64,000 bases of DNA, from the NCBI RefSeq assembly GCF_963676685.1, contig NC_092345.1:92628001-92692000 (forward strand), in the 5' to 3' direction. Origin of the DNA: Mytilus edulis. Taxonomy: Eukaryota. The position numbers and the translations under genes were made by a program. Positions 37,462 to 49,700 of this stretch are shown here, in pieces (the first letter of the stretch is position 1; each line of letters starts with the position of its first letter). The notes beneath the pieces were generated by a model, which was not told the DNA's origin, ran no database searches, and worked only from the letters and a program-made list of their open reading frames with translations.

Positions 37462-37927
37462 TGTAATGGTGGTCACTTTGTTTACTTGTCTATATTCTAT
37501 TTATTTGGGGATATTGGTTAACTTTAGAATTACTTATAGTTCCGTAACTCTTTCTTCCGAGACCGGCCATGAAATTATCCTTGTCGGGACTTCCTGTTCT
37601 GGCACGTGCCCGGCCGGGCTCGTTGTCCATAGGAACTATAAGTATGACGTCACTCACCGGGTTCTGGGCAGTCTACATTAAGGATTTAAAATGAGCAGAC
37701 GCTCATATCGTTTGGCTTTCAAATATGGAACGTTATAAGGACAAGTAGACTAGCCACCACCGTATTTTAGTATATTTATTCATGTAATCGTATGTTCAAC
37801 CATAATGTATGTCTTCAAATAAACATCTTGTTTATATTTACGTAGTTTTACGTACTTTGTCCAATATCCCAGAACTTGGGTAGACAACGGGAAAACGAAG
37901 CCAGTGGAAACTTCCACTCCCGTTACA
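37462..37927 (+). repeat. 5' LTR
   Basis: TG...CA ends, TGACGTCA at 37645-37652, AATAAA at 37818-37823, followed by the PBS. Confidence 0.93.
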
Positions 37928-38100
37928 TTGGGGGCTCGTCCGAGGGATATTTGAGGACAATAACTTAAACAAACATTGTGTTTGTACATTATTTCGGCGA
38001 TATGGTCGGAATAAAAGGTATTTTTGTATCCCTAGGAGTCAAAATCGAACAGTTTATTGTTCGTCTGCTTGTCATTTCCGCTGTTTGTGCCGGTCCGACA

Positions 38101-38485
38101 ATGACCAGTACTGCATGTAATATCGTTTTTTTACAACAATACAATTAAAGGTGACTTACCTTCAGAAAATGAAATTAGAAATCCAGATTTTAAATTCCAA
38201 ATTGGAGCACAAGGTGAACATTTTGTTCACGTTCCAGAGGAAATATGCTGGTCTTGCATAAGAGGAAAACAAACACAACATTTTTGTGTACACCACATCA
38301 AAATAAAATATTTAGCTGCATTTTATCGTGGTAGAAAGCTTATTATGGCTTTTCAATTTCCAGGAAGTCGGCGATTGTTTACGCCATGTTTACAATATGA
38401 CGTCATATTTTCGACGTCAAAGCACCTGCCATCTAAGGAATGTTTGTATGGAGGTACCAATGGGGAATACTCATTGTCGTTCTAA
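38101..38485 (+). pseudogene. Frameshifted ~127-aa ORF of unknown function inside the LTR element (CxxC...HxCxHH motif)
   Basis: ATG at 38101 in acaATG context. A stop-free frame runs 38105-38482 (126 codons) and is joined to the ATG by removing one T from the T7 run at ~38126-38132. Confidence 0.4.
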
Positions 38486-40094
38486 CCATGAAAAAGTTGT
38501 TTAATTTGTTAGTTTTGTTTATTGGTTCGTATTCATATTTATTGTCATAAATGGATTTGGAAAATCAAATAATTTGTTTTGATTATACTTCAAATTGTTT
38601 TGGATTAAAAAGTACATTTTGTACTTTGTACTTGCATTTCTGTCATGCAGTATTGTCTGCATATCTATGTCTTGTCAGTGTGGATGTAATAACAATTATT
38701 TACCTTTCTTGCATGGAAAGGAGGGAATTAACAATACTCAAACTTAAAAGTGGTACCGTAAGTCATAGGCTATATTGTGCCATCATGGATATTATACTGG
38801 AAATTTGTCCGGTTTATTTTGATATTGTAAAAAGGACTAAAAGTACAGTTTTTGTACTCGGTTATATTTATAATATAATATCTTGATATTTATTTTAACG
38901 TTGATCTTTGGAAATAAACTGAATTATCTCAGTTTGGTGGGATTGTTACGTCAGTTGAGGAAAATAATACTGAATCTTTTCAGTTGCTAAGCAATGTGGC
39001 TTAGGTAAATGTAGAAATTGTGGATATAGCGAGGATTTGGATTAAAATGACATTTTTGTCATACAGCTGGAATAGGGTTGTCTGGTACGAGTTGTGACTA
39101 GAATAAAGATAATAGAAGAACGTACACTCATTATCTTAGCTGTTGTTGGAAGCTGCTTTCGGTGGTGTATACATATAGAGGCAATTTTGGAAATACCTTA
39201 GGTGCTAGAATGGCGCGAGAATAGGTGTATATTTTGCGTATACATTTTTATTGTAAACCTTAATTGGTTCACCATGGGTATGTTGTCCACATGACTAAGA
39301 ATATTGTTTGGGGATTGCTGGAATACAAGGAATGATTTATTATTACAGTTCAATTGTTTTATATGACTTTCTAATTTTTGAATATATTTAATAAACAAAC
39401 AATCAGTTTGTATGGATTTCAGTATAGAAATGTGTGTTTTATATGGTTAAAGTAATACCATGGGCTATATGCTTTCGGTGACCAATAAAATTACATATTG
39501 GGGCACCCGATCAAGTGGTGCAGTACTCGTGTATGATAGACTTTTAAAGACTCTTGGTGAGTCAGGATTTTATAAGAAGAATGTGCTTCTTAATTTATTC
39601 CAGTGTCTGACAGAATATAGGTGGTAAAACTGAAACTGTTTCAGTGCGTGGATAGCTGGCCACAATGAGGGAACATATTGGATTTTATATTGGCCTTTTT
39701 GCCGATAAGTTTAACGTAACTAAACCACATGGAATTATAAATGTTGGGGAACACTTACTTGGACTACTTTACAGATTTGGAACCTCTACTAGACGAATTT
39801 TACCTTATTTACCTACCTGGAACCTTGGACAAGATGTGTGCCTGGATGCTCCGCTCGAACTTTATAATTGGATTCCTTACTCCGTGATGATGTCTCGTGA
39901 TGTATTTGTGACTTTTGAACATTTAGTGAATGACAATTGAATACTTTGAACTATTTATCAAATTATTTATTGACATTAACAGTAAATTAATTGTTGTTGA
40001 TAATTATATGTGTCTGTATTCTAAATTTTGGTAAGTATACCTCACCGATCTTTGGACTAATGTGTGGGCACATTATGTCTTAAGAGAGGGGGAG

Positions 40095-40560
40095 TGTAAT
40101 GGTGGTCACTTTGTTTACTTGTCTATATTCTATTTATTTGGGGATATTGGTTAACTTTAGAATTACTTATAGTTCCGTAACTCTTTCTTCCGAGACCGGC
40201 CATGAAATTATCCTTGTCGGGACTTCCTGTTCTGGCACGTGCCCGGCCGGGCTCGTTGTCCATAGGAACTATAAGTATGACGTCACTCACCGGGTTCTGG
40301 GCAGTCTACACTAAGGATTTAAAATGAGCAGACGCTCATATCATTTGGCTTTCAAATATGGAACGTTATAAGGACAAGTAGACTAGCCACCACCGTATTT
40401 TAGTATATTTATTCATGTAATCGTATGTTCAACCATAATGTATGTCTTCAAATAAACATCTTGTTTATATTTACGTAGTTTTACGTACTTTGTCCAATAT
40501 CCCAGAACTTGGGTAGACAACGGGAAAACGAAGCCAGTGGAAACTTCCACTCCCGTTACA
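40095..40560 (+). repeat. 3' LTR
   Basis: Copy of 37462-37927, preceded by the PPT; AATAAA at 40451-40456. Confidence 0.93.
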
Positions 40561-41296
40561 CAACCAAAACATTTTAAATGTAAATAGCCAAGAGTCTGAA
40601 GAGAGAACTTTTTGTGTTGCCAGACACAGCAACACTGCAAAGTCTTCGAAGTATTGATTTTGGTTCTTTACAAATGGACCCCTTCATTGTTAGTTCAGCC
40701 ATATTGAATAGAAGCAGTTTTTCACAATAGAGGTATAAATGTACTGAATACTATGTAGTCCAAATAAATACCACGTCTGGCCAGGCTATTTTGTTTTTTT
40801 TTCTTTGACGCCTTCCTTCGATGTCATAACGCTGAAGCCATTTATTATGTCGGGACATTGAGAGCAAATTTTGGGGGAACTTTGAGACCTAATTTTGACC
40901 TGAAATTTGCTTTGCCGGTTAGGAATTTTTGCGTAGTTACAAATTCCTACCCTTTTTGAGCTTATTTTTGCACGATATTTCCAGAAATATCCAACAGAAA
41001 TGATAAAATAAGTTATGATTCCATTTGAGGTGGACAAATATTTATGTTTCCAAAAAATTTCACAGAACTACCAAAATTCGTCACTTCCGAAGAGTATTAA
41101 ACTTGGTAAAATTTTATGGACCAGAATTTCTAGATAATGTAAATCGACTGATTCAGGATTTCAGGTCCATCAAATTTTAAAAATTACTCATACACTTGTC
41201 TATAAAAAAGTACATAATTTGAAATCAGAATGACCTATTCACCATTTCTGAATCTAATACTTGCTGGGTAATATTTTCAAAAGCATTCATCAAGAT

Positions 41297-42488
41297 CAGG
41301 GCTTACGTTACCAGGCGACTTGGGCGAAGAAGTCGCTTTCCCGACGGTCACTTCGCTTTCCCTGACCCCCAAAAGCGAAAACAAGTCGCCCTGTTCTTGA
41401 CGATACTCGCTTTCAGTCCCTTCCGTCATTGGACATTTTCAAATTTTACAAAGTTGATGAAACATCAATTTTTTATTGATAATTAAAGAAATTTAGACAT
41501 AATACTATTCATTATCTTTAGAAAAGAAGTTGAAGCATTGTCTTTGCAGTGTGTAGCGGGTTATTTGATAAAAATACAACATTTTAACACTTCGTGCATT
41601 TCTGCAAGTTCCGGTGCTTGTTACTTGAAAACGTGCATCAACCTAAATTTCGGCGGCAAAATAAGTTTGTTGCTTTATCTAAACGGGATAAAAGTTGCCT
41701 CCAGTAAATGTTTAATCCATTTATTGCTTTAAAAACGTCATGTTCCTTTCCAAATAACTTGTCAAACATCGTTTATTTTTGTAAATTTTCTTGCATTCGT
41801 CCGCCATTGACCGATATCTAAACTACGAATCTGAACCGGACAAGCTATGACCTAAATCTGTACTTTTACAATAATTACTACGGACACACGGATGGAAGGA
41901 ACAGCTGACAGAAGAATTTGATCCCAAAGGGAAAAATTACGTATTCCACTAGCATTAAGAGACTTTTGGTTACATCTAATTGATTGGTGTATATAATTCC
42001 CTATATTTTTTATGGATTGTTTCAAAGTTGCTTACATTTTGTAACTCTGAGACTATTAATTATATTATGGCCCAGCTTAATAACTTTTATATTTTTTGAT
42101 GAGAAACACTGAATTTCATATACAAGATAGATTTGAATTAAATTTTAATTGATATATTATTATATAATTTCTTTACATTTTTTAAAATATTTTTTTTTTT
42201 TTTTTAGTGCTAGATATTGAATATTTAGTTGGTAGTTTCTCACAAGAACCTTAGTAAAACTTAAACAACTTTTAATTTGAAATGTTACTTTAATTGTATA
42301 CTCAGATATGAATTGAATAATATAAAAAGAACATTATTTACATATGACCCTTTATACTATAGTAAAATCCAAACATTGTAGTGCACCGTGCGAATGAGCA
42401 CTTCTCTTTCAAATCTCACCACTTCTCCCTATCAGTTTCAAAAAGAGAAGTCACTTCTCCCTTTAATTCTGAAGTAGTGTGAGCCCTG
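41297..42488. mobile_element. Non-autonomous DNA transposon (CAGGGCT...AGCCCTG)
   Basis: Imperfect 15-bp TIRs, AAGAT duplicated on both sides, subterminal GTCGC/CACTTC repeats. Confidence 0.65.
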
Positions 42489-43037
42489 AAGATGTTGTGA
42501 TTGGTTTAAAATTCTAAACAATGGTACATGTAATTGAACCACTGACGTAATATTTCATTTAGATGAGATTACCCATAGTCTGTTAAATTATAAAAAGTTG
42601 AATGTGTAGCTGATTTTTCCTTAGATAATTGGATTAAGAATACTGTGGCAGATATTTTAAATGGTACAAATTAGCAATGGTACCAGTTAGTGGTAGTGCA
42701 AGTTAACATTATTATGAGTTGACTTTTAGGGGAATGAGTTTATGTGGTATCAGTTTACTTAACTAAAGTGTCCAAACTAAATAGAGCTACATGTATACCA
42801 AACTATCATTTGCCCTTACCCTAACACTAGCCCTGTGTTGAAGAATCTTAATAAATCATGCGTTGTGTTTTTCTATACGTTTAATCGTCGTGATAGCTAA
42901 TGCATATAATATAACGTCACAGAGTAAAGCGGTATGGTAACAACGTTACCATAACGTAATGTTTGTACTTCGTGTATTTTCCGACACCCTGAACTTAAAA
43001 CCTGTTCTAGAAGACTTAAACATACCCATACCATATT

Positions 43038-43673
43038 ATTATGCCCCACCTACGATAGTAGAGGGGCATTATGTTATCTGGTCTGTGCGTCCGTACGTCT
43101 GTCTGTCTGTTCGTTCGTCCGTCTGTCCCGCTTCAGGTTTAAGTTTTTGGTCAAGGTAGTTTTTGATGAAGTTGATGTCCAATCAACTTGAAACTTAGTA
43201 TACATGTGCTCTATGATATGATCTTTCTAATTTAAATGCCAAATTATAGTTTTGACCCCAATTTTACGGTTCACTGAACATAGAAAATGATAGTGCAAAT
43301 TTCAGGTTAAAGTTTTTGGTCAAGGTAGTTTTTGATGAAGTTGAAGTCCAATCAACTTGAAACTTAGTATACATGTGCCCTATGATATGATCTTTCTAAT
43401 TTAAATGCCAAATTATAGTTTTGACCCCAATTTTACGGTTCACTGAACATAGAAAATGATAGTGCAAAAAATTTCAGGTTAAAGTTTTTGGTCAAGGTAG
43501 TTTTTGATAAAGTAGAAGTCCAATCAACTTGAAACTTAGTATACATGTTCCCTTTGATAAGATCATTCTTATTTCAATGCCAAATTAGAGAATTTATTCC
43601 AATTTCACTGTCCACTAAACATAGAAAATGATAGTGCGAGTGGGGCATCCGTGTACTGTGGACACATTCTTGT
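43038..43673 (+). mobile_element. Helentron/HINE element with 3 x ~170-bp tandem cores
   Basis: Starts TTATGCCCCAC..GGGGCAT, then a (GTCC/GTCT)n microsatellite. Cores start at ~43132, 43301 and 43473. Ends GTGGGGCAT plus hairpin GTGTAC..GGACAC-ATTCTTGTTT. Confidence 0.85.
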
Positions 43674-43732
43674 TTTTTATTTGTTTTTTGTGTGTTATAT
43701 ATTGTTTAAATTTTTTTATATTCCAGGTGACA

Positions 43733-46700
43733 ATGGATACAAAGTTGACTTTCCTTGCAGCTTTTGATGACTTAATGAGGAATGCCAAGGTTCTTCAAGT
43801 TGGAATTGAGCCAGGTATTATCAAGCTAGAGTTGTTTATTGTCTTATAGTTTTCTAGTGCAAGGAAAGAAACAGACCTAACTTATTTATTCTTTTTAACA
43901 TGAGTTACAGACAAGTTTTATTTGTCATCTATGAATAAATTTCGCATTCAGACTAACTTAAACTATCTATTTGCACTAAGAATTTATCATTTAGCTATTC
44001 TTAAAAACAGTTGTAATTGTATTTCAATGTATTCCCTTTATTCTTACCCTGATTCGAATTCACTGAAAATAAAAAAATATTACTCTATACAGGTGAAAGA
44101 TAGACCAAAATCATTGCATAATTTCGTGTAATATTGATTTCCTTAGCTTCTCAGTGGTAATCTAACTTGACCATATTTACCAAAGTTATCAACAGTTCAT
44201 AAATAAATATGATGATTTTTATATATTTTAACATACTACAGGATAATCTTTTAAGGTACTGTGGGGCAATGTACATTGTAAGCACTGTGGGGACAACACA
44301 AATAGTTTGAAGGCGTCATATTGGCCTGAGAAGTACACAAATCTGTCTATGTTGGTGTTTCAAAGTTGATTGCTGTTTTTTCATGGCCCCTAAATTCACT
44401 TACTTAGTGGCCTAGTTGGCAACTACTGGCAACAAGATAATTTTGTCCTCTCATATCACATATCGTTGTATCAAGAATTATATTATAACTTCATTTGCAA
44501 AGAAATAAACAATCATAAATCAAATATTTTATGAAATTGTATTTTTTTTTTACATGGTTATTTCATTTTCAGAATTTAGAAGGTTTGTAGGAAATCAACA
44601 AGAATGTCAAAGAAAATGGAGAGATGCTGAGACGGAGCTGGATAGAATAAAGGAAAAAGTTAAAGCATTAGAGGAAGAAAACAGTTTATTAAAAACCAAG
44701 CTTAGACATGCACATGTTCAGATTGAAAGAGAGGCTGATGAAAGGAGGAGGATTGAACATAATAAACTAGAATTGGTTTGTTTTCATTAATACAATTTAC
44801 ATGCAAATCTTACATGTTCCATATATATGGCAATATTAAATCTGTGTATTAGAATATAGAACACATGAAGGCAAAATAACAGGTTAGCAATATGGCAGCT
44901 CTTTTCAATTAAAATCTTACAAGGGAAAATTACTATTATGCACGAAAATTTTGGGATTTTCAGTCGGAACTTATTTATAGGGTCGGTCGGCCAAACAAAC
45001 AATATTTTAATTAAGTTTACATAAACTTGACTTATGCTATTTAAATAATCTTAAATAAATTTGTTTTTTTTTGTTACATAATATATTTGTGTGTCTTTCT
45101 TGTAATCAAGCACTTTTCAAATCTAGCTCATTGTAGTTATTACTGTTTTTTTCCCAACAGGATCAGCAGATTGGACTGGTAAGGGAATTGTTATGTGATA
45201 AAAATAGTAAAAGTATGTTGCATGACCAAGACAGAGAGAGACTTGCTTTCCTTAATACCTTTACACAACAGAAATCAAGACTAGACACTTCTCCTTCCAG
45301 GAGGTAAGTTATTTCTTAATTTAACCTTTAAATAAAAAAAAGCTTGTTGAACTGTATCAGATTTTTTCTATTGAAAAATTCCATTTAATTCAGTAATGAA
45401 ACTAAACATTTTTAGTGGTCAACAGTCAATATTTGTCTTTTTTTTTTAATTTATACAAAAAAAGAATGAAATAAGTAGGATACAAATGGCAAAATATATC
45501 TGACATCAATAACCAAACATAAGTGCCACTTTGAACAAGCACTTGTTTTTTAATCTCACTAGTTTTCCCTATCATTTTAGAAAGTCACTTCTACTTTTGT
45601 TTCTCAAGATGTCAAGTGGTGTAAGCTCTGCAATCATAAAGCAATGATGATCAAGTAACGGCTTTTGATCAGCTTAGTTTTGTTTCTAGGAGGTACACTG
45701 GCTTTTAAACAATTAATTCTTTTGAAATAGAATTAATTTTTGTTATGTCTTATTACAGATTAAACACAATAAATGAGTCAACACATTCTATTCTGTCTGA
45801 CTCTGATTATGACAAGACAGAAGATGATTTACAATCAACATATCTCCGTAGTGGTCGAAAGTACAAACGGCCTTCAGCACCACCTATGGAGGAAGCTGAA
45901 CCAAAAAGACGAAGAAGTGATGAAGAGGTAATAGCAATACATTTTAACAGTACATTTGATATATGTCGGTTCTACATTGTTTTCTTTTTGTTTTTGTCTG
46001 GACTTGACACAGTTGCAAAGTCCAGACTTAGGCATGCTGTTTTCAATGGTAACAGAGCCAACAATTTGTTTAATCATTAGGTCAGTTTAATTAGAAACAT
46101 TAATTGTAAGTCAATGTTAAATGATTTGCCTTTATACAAGCCTAGAAACATCACATTTTCTTCTTTTTCAAAATAAAGACTTTCTAAAAGATAAATTAAA
46201 AAAAAAAAATTGATGGAAAATTTGAAACTATTTTTTTTAGAAAGAAAGTTCTCTGATCACAACAACAACTGTGACACTAGATGCAGTAGGTAAACCAATA
46301 GCAGCCACAACAAATGTTACTTCAGGTCCTCAAAGGAAACTAAACAAAAGTTTTAGTGAACCAGCTCTTGACAAGTATGGTTCCCCGGCAACAAGAATGG
46401 CAGGTATAGTAAAATAAACTTAGTTTTCAGGTTATTTCTCAAAAAGGAATAAAAAGTATATACTATACATATACATGTATATAAAAAAGAAGTTGTGGTA
46501 TGATTGCCAATGAGACAACTCTCCACAAGAGACCAAATGACATAGAAGTTAACAACTACAGATAACTGTACAGCCTTAAACAATGAGCAAAACCCATACC
46601 ACATAGTCAGCTTTAAAAGGTCCTGAAATAACAAATGTAGAACAATAGGAATGAGAACACTAAGGGCATAATTTAAGTAAAAAAAAATGAATGAAAAGCA

Positions 46701-49700
46701 AATATGTAACACATCAACAAACAACTTAGGACTGGCACATACATACAGAATGTGTCAAGGTTAAACATGTTAGCAAGATCACAACCCTCCTTAACCTCAG
46801 ACAGTGGTGTGACTGTACAAAATAAGAAGGAACTATAAAAATCAGTTTAAATATGTCTATCCATAACTTGTAACAACAACAAAATAAAAAGCCATGACAC
46901 AACATATCTTACATGGGTGTAACATTAAAGAAGTTTTAATTGACATTGCTTTCAAATTGAAAAAAAAAACTATTTTTTTTTTCACATAATACTGTACTGA
47001 AGAATATGCAGTTGAAGACTTCTGTTTCACTTTTAGTTTTCTTGTCCAATTTCACCCCTCATTCTTATGAACTTTATTTGGCTGCTGGCTTGATAACAGA
47101 AGTGCAAATTTGAAAAAAAAAACTTACTTGTAAGGCTGTATGGTTATATTTATATTCACAGATAGTGAACCTGAATCAGATGATTCTTGTTATGCTACAC
47201 CAGGCAATAGGAATAACAACAGACGCAAATCCAGAAGTAGAAGAACAACTTCAACAGCAGAGTAAGTCTAAGGTGTAGATCCGTTAGTGATTAGATTGCT
47301 GCTGCAGCATTTATAGTAGAAAGAAAAACTTTAATATGTTCTCATTTTTATGCAGTTTACAAAGAATAAACATGAATCTTTTAGTTGAAAATTTGAAATA
47401 GTAAAGATAGAGATCAAGGTAGTTTTTGGGAGCAACCCTCAACCATGTAATATGTTATAGCTCTTTTTACAATTGCTTTCATAGGGATACTTGGGACATG
47501 CTTGAATCTTTATTTCAAGGAGGATTGATTTTGCAGTGCATTATTATTTAGCTTCATTTCATTTAATGAACTGAATAAAAAAAAAAAAAAAAAAAAGTAT
47601 GCAATTTATTTAAAGTGGTTATTTTAGATTAGTTTTAAAACATAAAAAAGTTGTAATTGAATTGATAATTAAGAAGACCGGTATATGGTCATTCAAGAGA
47701 ACACCGATGTGAACAAGGAACTATAAAGGTTTGTGCCATATAAACTCTATTACTGCTGCTTTCACCCTTTTTTGATGTGCTAGATGTCAAAAAATATTAT
47801 TCAGAAAATAAAGAAGTTGGTTTTATGTGCTGGTTTTTGATTAATGTAGATTGTTTTGTTTCTATGATCCACATGTATACAGTATTGTTTGTTATTTTTC
47901 AGTACTCCTGGAATGAGAAAAGCTCTATCTGCCAGTAAAGGTCTAAATAGAGTACATTTCTTCATATCAAAAACAGTCATTAAACCAGAAACCTGTACAC
48001 CAGTAAGTATACACAGGTGTTAATGGTTATACACATAACTGTAAATATCAAAAACAGTCATTAAACCAGAAACCTGTACACCAGTAAGTATACACAGGTG
48101 TTAATGGTTATACACATAACTGTAAATAAGTGTCTTATGTTTGTTCGCTGAAGGTGGCAAGATAGGCCGCTGCCAGACATAGTTGTTTGTTATAGTTTTA
48201 TGAAAAAAATGGCATAATTAATAAAGGATATATATTGCAGTCTTTTTAATTGCTATCAGAGCAAAAGCAGTGGCACCAAAATGGGCATTTAAAATCACTG
48301 AAGAGGTCCTACGAAATGCAAGTATTTGTGTGATTGGAAGGCAATTAACATTTTTATCGTGTTTCTATACAACATAAATGTTTTGATTGCATTTATTAAC
48401 ATAATTTTAAACTTGAAGAACTTTCTTTTCAGTGTGGTAAAAGAATAGGGTTTGGAAGAATGGCAATGAAGTGTAAAGGTAGGAAACACTTTTTTGTTTA
48501 ACTTACATTAAAGTGTGATCATTTATCAGCAAAATGTTCAGGATTTGGAAATTATACAAGACAAGGTTGTACAGCAATTCTTATTGCCATACAAAAGCAG
48601 TGTTAATGTATCACTTAACTTTTGATGACACAAATAGATGCAATTCAGATTTCATTCCAAATCCATAACTAACATATTTTGAATGTTACTTCATCTAGAA
48701 AATTAAAAATAATGACACTTATTCCTGTTTATAAAAAAATGATGTAAATCAGATGTAGTCATCTCATATCTTTGTATATCACTCAGATATGCGAAGACTA
48801 CATTTATTTCAATTACAATTTATGGATTTTATTATGCCTCGACATTTTCAGTTTACTTTAATTAGAACTTAAATGAATGGTACAACAAAGTTCGTTATGG
48901 TATGATAAATAAAATTACTTCAGAAGCTAAAAAATAGACAACAGCTGTTTTCTGTCAATTTTATATATTGTGAATTCATTATTATTCGTTGGATACCAAT
49001 TTTCGTTGACTTCTTGGGTAAAGGTGAACCATGAAATTAGATGTTTAATGAATGACAAATTTTCTATAGGCTTGTATGCAAACTTTCGCAAAATAACGAA
49101 ATCGAATATCCATGAACATGTATATTTTCCTTAATCCATGAAAATAGGTACCCACGAAATTAAATGAATCCACAGTAGGCTTGTCTGACAATTGATAAAT
49201 GTTAGATTAATTCATTGATTTTCAATCCATAACTGCTTTTAGATAAAGATACTATCAAACATGACCATTACTATATTTGATATTTTTGTAATGTATTTAC
49301 TTTCAGACTGTAGAGCGTCCTGTCATCCAGATTGTAAAGACAGTTTACCACTTCCTTGTATACCTACAGCACCTAGTACACCTGGTGGTACAAAATTAAG
49401 TGGAGTAAGTCTGTTAACCTGCAGGTTATCTTACTGATCTGTGATCATTAAAAGATTTGCTTTACATTTTAAATATTGTAGCCTCATAATTTTGTCATCT
49501 TTCTGACTTGATATTTTATGCAAATTTCAAGTCCTGAGATGAGATTCCTTTACATAAAATTATCATAAATGCAACTTGTAGCAATGAGAAGTTTAATACT
49601 CATTTTAAATACAGCATAAAAAAGATATCCCCTGAAACTATCAACCCTCAAGAATTCAAATTGGTAAGTATAGAACTGTGGTGCTGTTACAGGCTATAAC

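Larger units (their letters stand above)
37462..40560 (+). mobile_element. Non-autonomous LTR retrotransposon (TRIM/LARD-like, probably Gypsy-dependent), recent insertion
   Basis: 466-bp direct repeats at 37462-37927 and 40095-40560 with TGTAA...TTACA ends and 2 mismatches. TSD CAAC at 37458-37461 and 40561-40564. PBS TGGGGGCTCGTCCG at 37929-37942 is complementary to the tRNA-Pro 3' end. PPT AAGAGAGGGGGAG at 40082-40094. No RT/IN/PR ORF in the 2167-bp interior. Confidence 0.93.

Noticed and set aside
37466-37681. Identical 71-aa ORFs at 37466 and 40099 suggesting a duplicated gene
   Set aside because: Both lie in the LTRs; identity reflects LTR duplication and there is no recognisable domain.
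37929-37948. tRNA-Pro gene fragment
   Set aside because: Only the 3'-end complement including CCA is present, positioned as an LTR primer-binding site; there is no cloverleaf.
46374-46375. Alternative RACGAP1 exon 5 donor AA|GTATGG
   Set aside because: Phase 2 is incompatible with the next exon (phase 1); the donor at 46403 fits.
46353-46724. 123-aa minus-strand hydrophobic ORF (and similar ORFs at 27586, 35433 and 56517)
   Set aside because: They overlap abundant T-rich dispersed repeats, have non-ATG or poor starts in most cases, and show no homology.
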